Part shown: positions 62,674-64,000 of the stretch, one piece after another
Position numbering within the stretch: the stretch's first letter is position 1
Layout: every line of letters starts with the position of its first letter
From: Chloroflexota bacterium
Lineage (GTDB): Bacteria; Chloroflexota; Limnocylindria; Limnocylindrales; CSP1-4
Length of the DNA: 64,000 nt
Assembly: GCA_003171065.1 (NCBI GenBank)
Contig: PMXQ01000112.1
Location: forward strand, 1,076-65,075
Direction: 5' to 3'
Program-made: the position numbers and the translations under genes
The notes under the pieces: generated by a model
Databases searched by the model: none
Told to the model about the DNA's origin: nothing
Seen by the model: the letters and a program-made list of their open reading frames with translations, nothing else

Positions 62674-63753
62674 ATGCTGGGCCGAAGGAGAAGCCGTCGA
62701 ACGGGCCGCCGCTACGGCGTCATCGCCGCGGCGACGGGCCTGGCCGTGGTGCTGGCCGTCGCCGGCTGGGCCACCATGCATGCGGGCAGCTCGGCACCCA
62801 CTGCGGTGCCGTCGACCTCTGGGGTGGCGACGGCCACGGCCGGCAGCAGTCCGACCGCCAGCTCGACCGGCGGCCCGCCTACGGCGCCTGCGATTACTGC
62901 GACACCCGTTTTCGCGACGCCGACGCTCAGCTATCCCCTCGTAGACAGCTGCAACCCGAAGTCCGTCCGCGGAGCCAGGCCCGTCACGGCACCCGCGAGC
63001 GAGAAGGCCGGCTCGTTCACGCTGCACGTGCCCGTCCTCATGTACCACCGGATCGTGCCATCCGCCGAGGCTGGCGACTCGATTCCCGGTCTGATCGTGC
63101 CCCCGGACACGTTCGCTGCCCAGCTCGACGCCATCGAGCGGGCGGGCTGGCACACCATCACGATGGCCACTCTCGCCAACGACCTGCAGGCTCACGTGAC
63201 GCCGCCAAAAAGGACCTTTGTGATCACGATCGACGACGGCTGGGACGACGGCTACGTCTATGCCTTGCCAATTCTCCAGAGCCATGGCTTCGTGGCAACT
63301 TACTTCGTCATCGCCGGCCGCATCGATCACACGGGCTTCCTGACATCCGGTCATCTCCAGGCGCTCGTGGCCGCCGGTGACGAGATCGGCGACCACACCA
63401 TGGACCACGTCGACCTGGCCGTGCAGCCAGCCGCGAAACTGCCGTACGAGATAGATGCAGCTGCCGCACGGATCGCCCAGGTCACGGGCCGCTGGCCCGA
63501 GTCTTTCGCCTATCCGTCGGGCGTCGTGGACAGCGGGGTCGCCGCGGCGGTCGCCGCCTGTCAGGAGCTGCGGATTGCGGTGACCGAGGAGCCCGTGGCA
63601 CCCGAGGCGCCTGGCGCCACCAAGCCCCCGGTTGGAATGCCGGTGGCCCTCGAGACCTGGGCCGACCGCTTCGCAGTCCCGCGAGTCCGGATCACCCCCA
63701 GCACGACGCCCACAAACCTGGTGGGCGACCTGAGCATCCTGGAAGCGGGCTGA
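62674..63753 (+). CDS. Polysaccharide deacetylase (NodB-homology, CE4) family protein, membrane-anchored
   Basis: FVITIDDGWDDGY (the DD motif), GDEIGDHTMDH and FAYPSG. The N-terminus is a TM helix with a Pro/Thr/Ala linker. Confidence 0.85.
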   Translation: MLGRRRSRRTGRRYGVIAAATGLAVVLAVAGWATMHAGSSAPTAVPSTSGVATATAGSSPTASSTGGPPTAPAITATPVFATPTLSYPLVDSCNPKSVRGARPVTAPASEKAGSFTLHVPVLMYHRIVPSAEAGDSIPGLIVPPDTFAAQLDAIERAGWHTITMATLANDLQAHVTPPKRTFVITIDDGWDDGYVYALPILQSHGFVATYFVIAGRIDHTGFLTSGHLQALVAAGDEIGDHTMDHVDLAVQPAAKLPYEIDAAAARIAQVTGRWPESFAYPSGVVDSGVAAAVAACQELRIAVTEEPVAPEAPGATKPPVGMPVALETWADRFAVPRVRITPSTTPTNLVGDLSILEAG

Positions 63754-64000
63754 CTCCACACCGCCCGGCGCGGTCCGGCCCATCGGCGAAGATGGTGCGC
63801 CGACAACTCATAGGTTCGCGAGTCACGGTGGCCGCTCTGCCAGGGGCCGCAATGTATCGGCTACGTCGATCAACCCGGCGAGGAGAGGATCGCGACGCCG
63901 CAGCCAGAGCTTTACCAGACCGCCTCAATCTTCGGCGGACGGCGGGTCTCAGCCCATCCCCCGCAGCCGTCGCTGGAGCTTGGCTGCGTCGAGGTGGACC

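Noticed and set aside
63940-64000. Possible 3' end of a minus-strand gene at the right edge (TCA at about 63950)
   Set aside because: Fewer than 20 codons are visible, so no product or frame can be supported.

Overview
High-GC bacterial chromosomal window, roughly 68-70% GC by eye, with frequent GTG/TTG starts. It looks Actinomycetota- or Chloroflexota-like, but the taxon cannot be determined from this window. There are four parts. (1) 1..14244 is the right-hand part of an integrative element inserted next to tRNA-Leu(UAG). It carries two tyrosine recombinases, a DnaB_N/RepA-like/wHTH replication protein followed by a phased GTGGACT iteron array, a RES-Xre toxin-antitoxin pair, an Rx4H (HEPN-like) protein, an XRE regulator with a TPR/Rossmann-like partner, and several secreted or lipoprotein genes. 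(2) 14.3-34 kb is mostly housekeeping: CinA, a cNMP-binding/Crp/adenylate-cyclase cluster, ApbC, an amidohydrolase, GH30, an IMPase-family protein, a class II aldolase, an orphan sugar-binding protein next to a decayed hybrid histidine-kinase relic, and an ABC-2 exporter. (3) 34.7-41.5 kb is the most unusual locus. The 3' end of the ABC-2 permease gene recurs four more times as orphan or degenerate copies, and the rsgA 3' end recurs once. Three of the orphan copies begin at the same codon behind a shared CCACCGG junction. These copies delimit four cassettes of unrelated cargo: a lipoprotein; rsgA; a methyltransferase with two ANT-like nucleotidyltransferases and DinB; and an S51 peptidase. No recombinase is visible inside. 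(4) 41.6-64 kb holds PEBP, CoxG, an OmpR/HK pair, rhomboid, two M16 peptidases, an ArsR regulator with GTTAG-N8-CTAAC operators controlling a small ORF and an MFS transporter, an M50 protease, carB with a structured leader, a lower-GC islet (orphan AAA ATPase, Phd/ParE, decayed PIN), and a polysaccharide deacetylase. No rRNA, CRISPR array or transposase was seen. All product calls rest on motif recognition by eye in the supplied translations; no database search was run.
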